Shown: positions 18,959 through 27,446 of the stretch, in pieces
How the letters are laid out: each line of letters starts with the position of its first letter
Numbering within the stretch: position 1 is the stretch's first letter
Assembly: GCA_963824495.1 (NCBI GenBank)
Contig: CAWGPQ010000011.1
Coordinates: 1 to 64,000 of the forward strand
Direction of reading: 5' to 3'
Length of the DNA stretch: 64,000 nucleotides
Source: an uncultured bacterium
GTDB lineage: Bacteria; Babelota; Babeliae; Babelales; Babelaceae
The notes under the pieces: model-generated
What the model was told of the DNA's origin: nothing
The model's input: the letters and a program-made list of their open reading frames with translations, nothing else
Database searches by the model: none
Translations under genes and position numbers: made by a program

Positions 18959-20686
18959 TTAACAGGTGTTACTATGTTCAGTCAGATCTTTGAGCTTGCG
19001 ATAACCCATAAAGAACTTAGTTGCCACACTTAGTGCCTCTCTAGATGAGCTTGCATGTTCTAGTAAGATAACCAGGGTAAATGGTTCGTAATCTTTATAG
19101 CTAATATAAGCAACAAACCAGGCGTGCTCAAGATACTGTTGTCCTTGATCATGCTTAGCTAATGCAGCAGTTTGAGCAGTACCAGTTTTTGCATAAATCT
19201 TACTATCGCTGAATTTGCCAAGTCGCTTACCAGTGCCATGGGTTATAACAAACGTCATCGAACTCTTCAGGAATTCAAGGGTATCCGTTGAAATATCAAG
19301 AGATTTCGTTTCGATAGGTTGATTGGCAAGAATACGAGGCGTTACCAGATAGCCTTGACAAATAGCCGAAATCATACGGGCCACTTGTAACGGTGTTACG
19401 AGTAAGAAGCTCTGTCCTATTGCAGCAGAAAGCGTCTCTCCCGGCCACCATGGTTCACCTTTAGTGCTTCGTTTCCATTGGGCTGTTGGTACTAATCCTG
19501 CACGTTCGGACAAGATAAGAGCAGTCTTGTCTCCCAGCCCAAAGCGATGAGCATAGTCAGCAAGTGTATCGATCTTGATACGTTTGCCAATTTCAAAAAA
19601 AGGAATATTGCATGATGAAGCGAGCGCTTCTTTAATAGTAACGATCCCGTGCCCCTGCCGATTGGCACAATGATACGGTCGGCCACAGAACATACAATAT
19701 CCTTTGCAATTCCATACTGTATCAGTATCTATTATATCATGTTCGAGGGCAATGCTGACCGTTACGAGCTTGAAAATAGAAGCTGGAGGATAGCACGCGG
19801 CGAATGCACGGTTAAGAAATGATTGGTTTTCTTGTAGTTTTGACCATTCTTGTTCGTCAAGCACGTCAAGAAACTTATTTGGGTCAAATACCGGTCGCGA
19901 TACTACAGCCTGCAATGCACCTGTTTCCGGACTCATAACAAGCAAAGCACCAGCATAATTTTCAGGCATTACCTCTTCGGCAAGTTTTTGAATATCCAGA
20001 TCAATAGTTGTTTGCAACGTAGCACCCATGCATGCTTGCTTAATTTCTCGTTCTTCTAGTGGCCTGCCCGCTGAATTTATAGTCATGAGCAGTTGGCCCG
20101 GTGTTCCCTTAAGAATATCCTCACATACTCTTTCAAGTCCCATCTTGCCTGTCGATTCTTGATGAAGAGCACCTAAATAGCCAACAATATGGCTTGCTGT
20201 TGTTCGATGAGGATAGTAACGTTTAAAATGTGTTGTGATCACAATATTTTTTTGATGGGGAAATTGCTCAAGAATACGGCTTAATTGCTCAAGTTGTATA
20301 TCCGTCTTAAGCGTTAATTTTTTACCACGTTTTTCATGTAACTGTATAGCTAATTCATTAATAGTATCTACACCAAACATAGCTTTTAATGTTTGTATAA
20401 GAGCTGTCTGTTCTTGATCAAAGGTATATTTGCCGGTACCTTGCCAGTAAAGCGTTATAATAGGCCTACTGGTTGCCAAAAGTTTGCCCGTACAGTCAAC
20501 AATATTGCCTCGCGGTGATGCGATACTTTCAAGTCTAAGAAAATTTCGCTGAGCCAAACTAAAAAGCGTTAGTGTCAGTGTAATCTGTAAGTAAAAGAGA
20601 CGTGCTATAATACCAAGCGAAAGTGTAATAAAAAAAGCAGTGATAATTTTTAAGCGTTTACTGAACAGCCGTGATGGTAACTCCAT
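18959..20686 (-). CDS. mrdA: Penicillin-binding protein 2 (class B transpeptidase)
   Basis: RLFYLQ, RGNIVD, R.YP, SIFK (SxxK), SCN (SxN) and KTGTAQ. Confidence 0.92.
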   Translation of the reverse strand: MELPSRLFSKRLKIITAFFITLSLGIIARLFYLQITLTLTLFSLAQRNFLRLESIASPRGNIVDCTGKLLATSRPIITLYWQGTGKYTFDQEQTALIQTLKAMFGVDTINELAIQLHEKRGKKLTLKTDIQLEQLSRILEQFPHQKNIVITTHFKRYYPHRTTASHIVGYLGALHQESTGKMGLERVCEDILKGTPGQLLMTINSAGRPLEEREIKQACMGATLQTTIDLDIQKLAEEVMPENYAGALLVMSPETGALQAVVSRPVFDPNKFLDVLDEQEWSKLQENQSFLNRAFAACYPPASIFKLVTVSIALEHDIIDTDTVWNCKGYCMFCGRPYHCANRQGHGIVTIKEALASSCNIPFFEIGKRIKIDTLADYAHRFGLGDKTALILSERAGLVPTAQWKRSTKGEPWWPGETLSAAIGQSFLLVTPLQVARMISAICQGYLVTPRILANQPIETKSLDISTDTLEFLKSSMTFVITHGTGKRLGKFSDSKIYAKTGTAQTAALAKHDQGQQYLEHAWFVAYISYKDYEPFTLVILLEHASSSREALSVATKFFMGYRKLKDLTEHSNTC

Positions 20687-20772
20687 GCTGTAATAACCAT
20701 TTTTAGGTTGCAGAGTTCATGTTGGTTTTGTATAATAGTAACTAATATCAATAATATACGCAATGGGAACTT

Positions 20773-21450
20773 ATGGATGAGTCTTTGAGCCAAAAACGTG
20801 CACGAATACTTAAGGTTTTAGAGCGACTTAAGAAGGTTAAGCGTTACGTACAACAACCTATGATGTCACGTATTATTCATGATTATGGGCGAGATCCATT
20901 TTTAATTCTTATTTCATGCTTATTAAGCTTAAGAGCGCGCGATACCGTAAGCTATGGTGTCAGCAAAAATCTTTTTGCCTATGCTCGAACACCACAAGAG
21001 CTCCTAGCGTTACCACGTCAAAAACTTGAAGAGATTATACACCATGTTGGGTTTCATCGAAAAAAAGCAGAAATACTGCAATCGGTGAGCAAAGAACTTA
21101 TAGAACGATTTAATGGCCATGTGCCCTCAAACGAAGCTGATCTTCTCAGCATTAAGGGTATTGGACCAAAAACGGCAAGCCTCGTGCTTTCTGAGGCATT
21201 TGGTATTCCTGCTATAGCTGTCGATACCCATGTACAGAAACTTGCTCATATATTAGGACTTGTTACCACTGATAATCCTCATCAAACTCAGCGAGAGCTA
21301 GAAAAAATTGTACCCCGTGATCATTGGCAAGAGGTCAATCAGCTTCTTGTTATGTGGGGCCAGAACATATGCATACCTGGCAAATCGGTGAAAGTAGATT
21401 GTGTTACTATTACACAACACCCTTTACTGGGCATTAAAAAAAGCACCTAA
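20773..21450 (+). CDS. nth: Endonuclease III (HhH-GPD glycosylase)
   Basis: PF..LISCLLS, HhH LLSIKGIGPKTA and AVDTHV. Confidence 0.88.
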   Translation: MDESLSQKRARILKVLERLKKVKRYVQQPMMSRIIHDYGRDPFLILISCLLSLRARDTVSYGVSKNLFAYARTPQELLALPRQKLEEIIHHVGFHRKKAEILQSVSKELIERFNGHVPSNEADLLSIKGIGPKTASLVLSEAFGIPAIAVDTHVQKLAHILGLVTTDNPHQTQRELEKIVPRDHWQEVNQLLVMWGQNICIPGKSVKVDCVTITQHPLLGIKKST

Positions 21451-21459
21451 AGCTCCACA

Positions 21460-21488
21460 TTGATTTTTTTCCCTGCAGGTACTATACT
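21460..21488 (+). promoter_or_regulatory. sigma70-type promoter for the small peptide operon
   Basis: TTGATT-N17-TATACT. Confidence 0.6.
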
Positions 21489-21544
21489 CTCTTTTATATC
21501 TTCTTTGCTCGTGTGAGTAATGTATTATTATTATGGGGGTTTTT

Positions 21545-21685
21545 ATGACAATCTATTACAAAAGTTTTCTGGCTCTTGCTCTGAGTATTTTAGCTCTCGG
21601 GGGCTCTTATCCGTATGGGTGTGGTGAGTGTGTGCCTAACTGCAAACCTCCTGCTCCGTGCCAAGAATGTTCGCCAACGTGTTAA
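21545..21685 (+). CDS. 46-aa secreted Cys-rich peptide (6 Cys)
   Basis: Hand translation MTIYYKSFLALALSILALGGSYPYGCGECVPNCKPPAPCQECSPTC; GGGGG SD-like run upstream; the stop overlaps the next ATG (TAATG). Confidence 0.75.
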   Translation: MTIYYKSFLALALSILALGGSYPYGCGECVPNCKPPAPCQECSPTC

Positions 21686-21837
21686 TGAGGGCTATTTTAC
21701 TGCTCATGCTTGTGTGTGGCAGCCCTCGAGCTGACGCTATCGCTTGCTTTAAAGTTGGTGTAGTAAAAGCAGCTAAAAATAATACATGTGTCAGACCACA
21801 CCGTTATCGTGCAGGAGCTCGTGTATGTATAAAATGA
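21685..21837 (+). CDS. 50-aa secreted basic Cys-containing peptide
   Basis: MRAILLLMLVCGSPRADAIACFKVGVVKAAKNNTCVRPHRYRAGARVCIK; coupled at both ends (TAATG, ATGA). Confidence 0.65.
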   Translation: MRAILLLMLVCGSPRADAIACFKVGVVKAAKNNTCVRPHRYRAGARVCIK

Positions 21838-21998
21838 GCTATTATGTGAAAATCGCAGTGTTAGTATTAGGTGGTAATCTTTCACTATATGCTGAATGTG
21901 CTGATGTTTCCTGGAAATATATACCGGGAGGATGTCCACCTACTAAGTCAGGAAGACCGTGTGGCCAGCCTAAGCGTCCTGTTAATCATATAAGATAG
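21834..21998 (+). CDS. 54-aa secreted Cys/Pro-containing peptide
   Basis: MSYYVKIAVLVLGGNLSLYAECADVSWKYIPGGCPPTKSGRPCGQPKRPVNHIR; ATGA overlap with the previous gene. Confidence 0.65.
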   Translation: MSYYVKIAVLVLGGNLSLYAECADVSWKYIPGGCPPTKSGRPCGQPKRPVNHIR

Positions 21999-22046
21999 AA
22001 GAGACACTTTTTCTAAATCGTAAGTGCCTCCTCTAGTATATACTAA

Positions 22047-22862
22047 TTAACGCGCTATTGAGCTTCTGCGAGTTGTTCTGCGTGGCGTTGTTGTTTTACG
22101 TGTTGTGGTTTTGCGTGATGTCACTCTGCGGGTTGGCCTTTCACCACCAAATGGGTGAATGACCGATTCAACCATGTGCCCCAATTTTTCTAGGGCGCTT
22201 TCGGAAGTTCTGCGTCGTGTAACTGTTCGTCCTGTTGCAGCTGTTGTACTACGACGTCGTGGCGTTACTGCCGCTGTTGTACGCGTTCTTCTTCCATCAC
22301 CAGTTATTGTAGCGCGACGAACAGTTGTACGTCGTGGTGTTGCAGTTACACGTGAAGTTGTACGCGTGGTACGTGTTCGAGGTGTTGCTGCAGTAGTACG
22401 GGTGATCGTCTTGCGGGCACGAGTAGTTGTAGCTGCTGGCCTGCCACGAGTACTTGTTGTCTTTCGAGCAGCGGTAGCTGTTCTGCTGATTGCTTTTTTT
22501 GCAGCACCGGCTCGAGTGGTAGTTTTTTTGGTAGCTCTACCGATAGCTCGAGCAGTAGTTTTGCCGGCTGCTGTTGTGCGGGTTCTTCTTCCATCTCCCG
22601 ATACACTGCGTTTGCTTGTGCTTCGGGCTGGTGTTGCTCGTTTTGTTGTGCGTCGTCGTGTGACTGCGGTAGCTGTTGTGCTACGACGTCTACGTGGTGT
22701 CTCTTGTGATGAAGTTGTCGGTTTGTTTTCTTCTAATCCAAGCCCCTGGTTTGTAGATGTTCCTGTTGTCCCTGATTCTGAAGCTGAAAGTGAACTTGGA
22801 TGTTCGTTGTTTGCTGAGCCTCTATAGACATTACCGTTTCTGCTGGCGTTTCCATTTGCCAT
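22047..22862 (-). CDS. Highly basic Arg/Thr-rich low-complexity protein (histone H1/Hc2- or protamine-like)
   Basis: AAGGAG SD before MANGNASRNG (ATG 22862); long tract of TPRR/TTRR/TTAA motifs; GDGRRTRTTAA occurs twice. Confidence 0.8.
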   Translation of the reverse strand: MANGNASRNGNVYRGSANNEHPSSLSASESGTTGTSTNQGLGLEENKPTTSSQETPRRRRSTTATAVTRRRTTKRATPARSTSKRSVSGDGRRTRTTAAGKTTARAIGRATKKTTTRAGAAKKAISRTATAARKTTSTRGRPAATTTRARKTITRTTAATPRTRTTRTTSRVTATPRRTTVRRATITGDGRRTRTTAAVTPRRRSTTAATGRTVTRRRTSESALEKLGHMVESVIHPFGGERPTRRVTSRKTTTRKTTTPRRTTRRSSIAR

Positions 22863-23006
22863 AATACGCTCCTTTTGTAAAGGTTGAGAAATACTATCTA
22901 ATATTAGCGTAACCGAAACTGTTATACACAATCAATAATTTCTATCACTTCACGATAAATTTGTTTTTTTATAGTATACAAAAAACTTAAATTCTTGTGT
23001 GGATAT

Positions 23007-24728
23007 TCAAGGACGTAATGCTTCATGTATACGCTGTGTGAGCTGTTCGCGCGTAAGTCCGTGTTCTTGTTTGCCATCGAGTGTTCTCAGTGTTACGGTT
23101 TCGTTTGCAACTTCACGTGGACCAACAACAAGCATCCATGGAATCCTCTCAAGTTGCGCAGTTTTAATTTGAGCAGAAAGAGGTTCGGAAGAGTGTTCAA
23201 CATCACTACGTAACCCTTCAGCTTTTAAAAAGTTTGCAAGCTGCTGAGCATATTCTTTTTGCGCGTCGGTTATGGTCAAAACTCGTGCTTGCAATGGCGC
23301 AAGCCAGAAGGGAAGCTGCCCTCTATAGTGCTCAAGAAGTATTGCAAAAAATCGTTCAAGGGACCCGTAAATAGCTTGATGAATAATAACCGGACGTGCT
23401 TTTACTCCTTGTGTTGTTACGTATGACAGGTCAAAGTTCTCCGGCTGAAAGAAATCGACTTGAATAGTGCTACACTGCCATGAACGGCCCATAGAATCTT
23501 CAATAACTACTTCAATTTTTGGTCCATAGAAAGCACCTTCACCTTCTTTAATGCTATAGTGCTTTCCCATACGCTTGAGTGCATGAGTAAGTGCTTGTGT
23601 TGCTATCGTCCATTGTTCGTTGCTACCCATGGAGTTGACCGGACGCGTTGCTACCGCATAATGAGCATTATTGAACTTAAACTTGTCGAGCACGTGCTGT
23701 ATCATGGTCAAGCCATTAATTATTTCTCCCTCAAGTTGATCAAGCGTACAGAAAATATGCGAGTCATCTTGAGTAAAAGCACGAACACGTAAAAGCCCAT
23801 GCAAAACACCCGAGAGTTCATGACGATGAACATGACCAAATTCGGCAAGCCTTAAGGGTAAATCGCGATATGAATGTGGTCTATTTGAGTACACCAAAAT
23901 AGCACCCGGACAATTCATGGGTTTTATTGCATATGTTTTATCGTCAATTGTTGAAAAATACATATTATTTTTATAGTACTCATAGTGTCCAGAACGTTTC
24001 CAAAGATCTATACTGAGCATCGTTGGTGTACTGATTTCTTGATAGTTATGATCTACATGCAATGTGCGCATATAGTCTACAAGAAGATTAATAACCTTCT
24101 TACCCTTAGGGTGAAAAAATGGAAATCCCGGACCTTCTTCATGAAAAGAAAACAAATCCAGCTGTTTACCAATTTTACGGTGATCGTAACGAGCTGCTTC
24201 TTCACGCTGCTTCAAGAAAGCTTCAAGTTCTGCATCAGTAAAGAAAGCGGTGCCGCTTATGCGCTGAAGTGCTGGATTATTTTTATCACCACGCCAGTAT
24301 GATCCTGAAATACCTAAAAGCTTAAAGTTTTTCAATAATCCGGTAGAAGCAACATGGCCACCACGACACAAATCGTAAAAATCGCCTTGGCGAGATAGAC
24401 CAACGGTGTCGCCCGGTATTTGGTCAATAAGCTCTAATTTAAAGATATTATCTTTATAGAGTTTACGTGCTTCTTCTTTGCTGATCTCTTCATGCGTTAT
24501 AGGCAGATTTTTATCTGCGAGCACGTGCATACGAGCTTCAATTCTGGATAGATCCTCTTCTTTAACGTGATTAAGGGGTAAAAAATCGTAAAAGAAGCCC
24601 TCATCGGTTGCAGGACCTATAGTAAGAAGCGTCCCGGGGAAAAGCTCACTTACAGCATGAGCTAATAGATGAGCGACAGAGTGACGAAGTATCTTTAAAT
24701 CCTGTGTTTTGTTCATGGTGGCCCTCAT
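23007..24728 (-). CDS. thrS: Threonine--tRNA ligase (short form without N-terminal TGS domain)
   Basis: LRHSVAH, DLCRGGH, RYDHRKIG, KPMNCP, EGAFYGPK and GSLERF. Confidence 0.96.
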   Translation of the reverse strand: MRATMNKTQDLKILRHSVAHLLAHAVSELFPGTLLTIGPATDEGFFYDFLPLNHVKEEDLSRIEARMHVLADKNLPITHEEISKEEARKLYKDNIFKLELIDQIPGDTVGLSRQGDFYDLCRGGHVASTGLLKNFKLLGISGSYWRGDKNNPALQRISGTAFFTDAELEAFLKQREEAARYDHRKIGKQLDLFSFHEEGPGFPFFHPKGKKVINLLVDYMRTLHVDHNYQEISTPTMLSIDLWKRSGHYEYYKNNMYFSTIDDKTYAIKPMNCPGAILVYSNRPHSYRDLPLRLAEFGHVHRHELSGVLHGLLRVRAFTQDDSHIFCTLDQLEGEIINGLTMIQHVLDKFKFNNAHYAVATRPVNSMGSNEQWTIATQALTHALKRMGKHYSIKEGEGAFYGPKIEVVIEDSMGRSWQCSTIQVDFFQPENFDLSYVTTQGVKARPVIIHQAIYGSLERFFAILLEHYRGQLPFWLAPLQARVLTITDAQKEYAQQLANFLKAEGLRSDVEHSSEPLSAQIKTAQLERIPWMLVVGPREVANETVTLRTLDGKQEHGLTREQLTQRIHEALRP

Positions 24729-24815
24729 GAGTAATGCTACGTATTACTATTTAGTATAGCACACTCTCACTTAAATGCTGATACTCAAAAAAGGGCCAGG
24801 ACCAATACGGGCTAT

Positions 24816-25229
24816 TTATGCTTTTCCTGCAAAACGCGCCCGTTGTATAATGCCCTCTGCGCACGTTAGGTTAAGTGTTTCCCCTTCTTGAACGTTAAGA
24901 GTCCCTTTGCAATCTAAAGCAACAGGTGCTGATATAGCAGTGGAACTGCCTGCGCCATTTGATGAAATAGGATAGCGGATTCTAGCAGTAAATGTATAGC
25001 GTCCCCCAGGCAAATTAACTATATGTACTCGCTCTTCTTTTGCTAAGCTAGGTTTGAAATAGTGGTAGCCAAAGTGTTGGATAGGCTGGCCTTGCGCATT
25101 GGTGATTGCAACACTATAGGAAGACGCATGGGCAAACATGGGCCCTGTCACCGTAAATTTTGCCAGCGCTCCATGTGAACTAAATAAAAATAAAAAGCCA
25201 AGGCTGAGCGCTCGAGAAAGTATTTTCAT
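24816..25229 (-). CDS. Hypothetical secreted beta-rich protein
   Basis: AGGAG SD, signal peptide ending ALA, and an LPGGRYTF strand motif. Confidence 0.7.
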   Translation of the reverse strand: MKILSRALSLGFLFLFSSHGALAKFTVTGPMFAHASSYSVAITNAQGQPIQHFGYHYFKPSLAKEERVHIVNLPGGRYTFTARIRYPISSNGAGSSTAISAPVALDCKGTLNVQEGETLNLTCAEGIIQRARFAGKA

Positions 25230-25480
25230 GCTAAACTCCTTCAGATACTACAAGAAATACATAGTATTCTTACATTTAAGAATCTTAAATTAATGCTTCT
25301 TGTATTAAATATACTTTATTATACATAGATTATTCAAGAGTTTAATAGTCCAATCAAGTTTAAATAGCTACTCTAAGAGCTCATAAAAGCATTAGTTCCA
25401 CCTTCAAAACCCGTCCCGACTTTATCAGATGTCAAGATAGATCTTTCAGGGCGCACCGTCCCAACGTAGGGATAAGCACG

Positions 25481-25933
25481 TTAGTGTGAAGAAAGCTTTT
25501 TGTTGGGTTTCCAACGCTTAAGAAGTTCCTTAAAAAGAACTTCTTGTTTAGTGCTTGTGCTTGCTGTCGTGGCTTTGGCAATACTCATTGCTAGGGTAGT
25601 TTGATCACATAACGTAGTGTCAAGATGTTTAATTGCAGGAAGCATAGTATGCTGAAGCACCGTTTTAACCGTGTCTTCATGGATAACTTCATGCAAAAGC
25701 GTTTCAAGAAGACTAAAAAAGTCGACGATATTCTGCTGAAGCTCTTCTGTCGACTGCTGTCCCTGCTGATGAGAAGTTCTTACCAAGTGCTCGCCAAGCC
25801 CTTGATGAAGCGCACGATTAATAATACGCTTGAGGGCTTCTTGCTCATGATCAAAAAGCCATTGCAATAATTGTAAAAGTTCATATGAGGCAATAAACTG
25901 TTGAGTATCAGGTTGAGCAGAATGGTTTGTCAT
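25481..25933 (-). CDS. Hypothetical protein, third gene of the hspR-htpX run
   Basis: 150-aa ORF with an AAGGA SD, co-oriented with htpX. Confidence 0.7.
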   Translation of the reverse strand: MTNHSAQPDTQQFIASYELLQLLQWLFDHEQEALKRIINRALHQGLGEHLVRTSHQQGQQSTEELQQNIVDFFSLLETLLHEVIHEDTVKTVLQHTMLPAIKHLDTTLCDQTTLAMSIAKATTASTSTKQEVLFKELLKRWKPNKKLSSH

Positions 25934-25988
25934 AGATGTTCCTTAATATAAGCATACATATAAGCACGATTTTTATTAATTAAATTTT

Positions 25989-26870
25989 TTAGCGCATAGT
26001 CGTCATTTTTTCATAAAGTCTACGTAGACGATCAACGCGTTGAGAAGTTGGTGGGTGCGTTGAGAACAGATTAGCTATTCCTTGGGGTAAAAAAGGATGA
26101 ATAATAAATAATGGAGCTGTCGATGTTCGCGCAATATCGTTAGAAGATAAATGAGCCTCAGGAATGTGGTTTTGGATTTTTTGTAGGGCTGAAGCAAGAG
26201 CAAGGGGATCATCTGATATATAGGCACCGCTTTCATCAGCTAAATATTCTCGGGATCGTGAAATAGCTAGCTGAATCAAAGTAGCTGCAATGGGCATAAC
26301 AAGTGCCACAATAAGCATGACCAATGGGTTAGGGCCCTGGCGACGATCGTTACTACGTAATGATCCCCAAAAAGCAACATTCTGAAGCATATTTGCTAAA
26401 AATCCTATTGCTGTTGCAAGTGTGGCAGCAATTGATGACACAAGAATATCCCGATTTTTGACATGGGATAGCTCATGGGCTAAAACGCCACGCAGTTCTT
26501 GCTTATCAAGAAGTTCGAGTATGCCTGTCGTTACAGCAACAGAAGCATGTTGAGGATTTCTTCCTGTTGCAAAAGCGTTAGCCATTGGAGTACGCACAAG
26601 CCAGATCTTGGGCATTGGTATATGCATGCTTGAGCTGAGCTCCCTTACTATTTCATAAATGTCAGGGTAGGCAGATGGATCTAGAGGCTGAGCTTTATAT
26701 AAACTTAATACAACTTTATCAGAATAATAGTAGGCGAAAAAGTTTAAAGCAAGCGATATAACGAATGCTACAATAATACCTGCTTTACCTCCTATAAAAC
26801 CACCAATGAGCATAAGTATTCCACTGAGAGCAGCAAGTAGGATAACCGTTTTGAGTCTATTTCCCCACAT
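25989..26870 (-). CDS. htpX: Zinc metalloprotease HtpX
   Basis: NAFATGRNP, HELSH, SRSREYLAD and STHPP. Confidence 0.95.
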   Translation of the reverse strand: MWGNRLKTVILLAALSGILMLIGGFIGGKAGIIVAFVISLALNFFAYYYSDKVVLSLYKAQPLDPSAYPDIYEIVRELSSSMHIPMPKIWLVRTPMANAFATGRNPQHASVAVTTGILELLDKQELRGVLAHELSHVKNRDILVSSIAATLATAIGFLANMLQNVAFWGSLRSNDRRQGPNPLVMLIVALVMPIAATLIQLAISRSREYLADESGAYISDDPLALASALQKIQNHIPEAHLSSNDIARTSTAPLFIIHPFLPQGIANLFSTHPPTSQRVDRLRRLYEKMTTMR

Positions 26871-26885
26871 TATAAGAACTCCCTT

Positions 26886-27323
26886 TTAATCGATCTTTGT
26901 AATAACCTCAAATTTCTTATCTTCATTTTTTCTATCGTCTTTTTTATCTTCTCTCCTAGTGCGCTTGAGAACTGCTAGTTGCTGAGCACTTTCTTTAATC
27001 AGCTGCTGTGAAGCTAGTGTTTCCTGAACAAGCTCATCATGAGCATGCTTAAAGAGCTGATTGACCTCTTTTTGTAGTTTTTTTATTTGCTTTTGGAGCT
27101 TAAGGATCATCTCTACACCAGCTAAGTTAATACCTAACGTGTGTGTCAAGTAAATAATTTCTTCAAGGCGATTAACGTCTTCCTCGGAAAAGAGGCGCGT
27201 GTTGCCCTCTGATCGTTTGGGTGCTATCAGTCCCTCTTTTTCATACAATCGTATAGTTTGCTGATGAATAGAGAACATTTTAGCAACCGCTGAAATAGAA
27301 AAATATCCCTTTTTTCGTTTCAT
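26886..27323 (-). CDS. hspR: MerR-family heat-shock repressor, HspR-like
   Basis: FSISAVAKM..IHQQTIRLYE..GLI.PKRS.G.TRL...GINLAGVEMIL; lies upstream of htpX, and a HAIR site precedes dnaK. Confidence 0.8.
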   Translation of the reverse strand: MKRKKGYFSISAVAKMFSIHQQTIRLYEKEGLIAPKRSEGNTRLFSEEDVNRLEEIIYLTHTLGINLAGVEMILKLQKQIKKLQKEVNQLFKHAHDELVQETLASQQLIKESAQQLAVLKRTRREDKKDDRKNEDKKFEVITKID

Positions 27324-27446
27324 GTTCTACTATAGTGCGTGGTTATATGCTTTATTATCTGTTCGCGCCTAGTAACACTCGAGTAACACTTGCGGAAAGA
27401 TACATCAATAATAGTATACTAAAATTTAAGAAACAAATCACGAATA

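Noticed and set aside
21545..21998. RiPP/bacteriocin cluster reading of the Cys peptides
   Set aside because: No radical SAM, lanthipeptide, YcaO or peptidase-ABC genes nearby, and the leaders are hydrophobic Sec-like despite GG dipeptides.
22159..22827. 222-aa Val/Arg-rich ORF on the + strand
   Set aside because: Antisense shadow of the low-complexity basic gene, which has the clear SD and start.
27371..27390. agtaacactcgagtaacact upstream of hspR as a HAIR site
   Set aside because: Only half-site similarity; the N7-spaced partner arm is missing.
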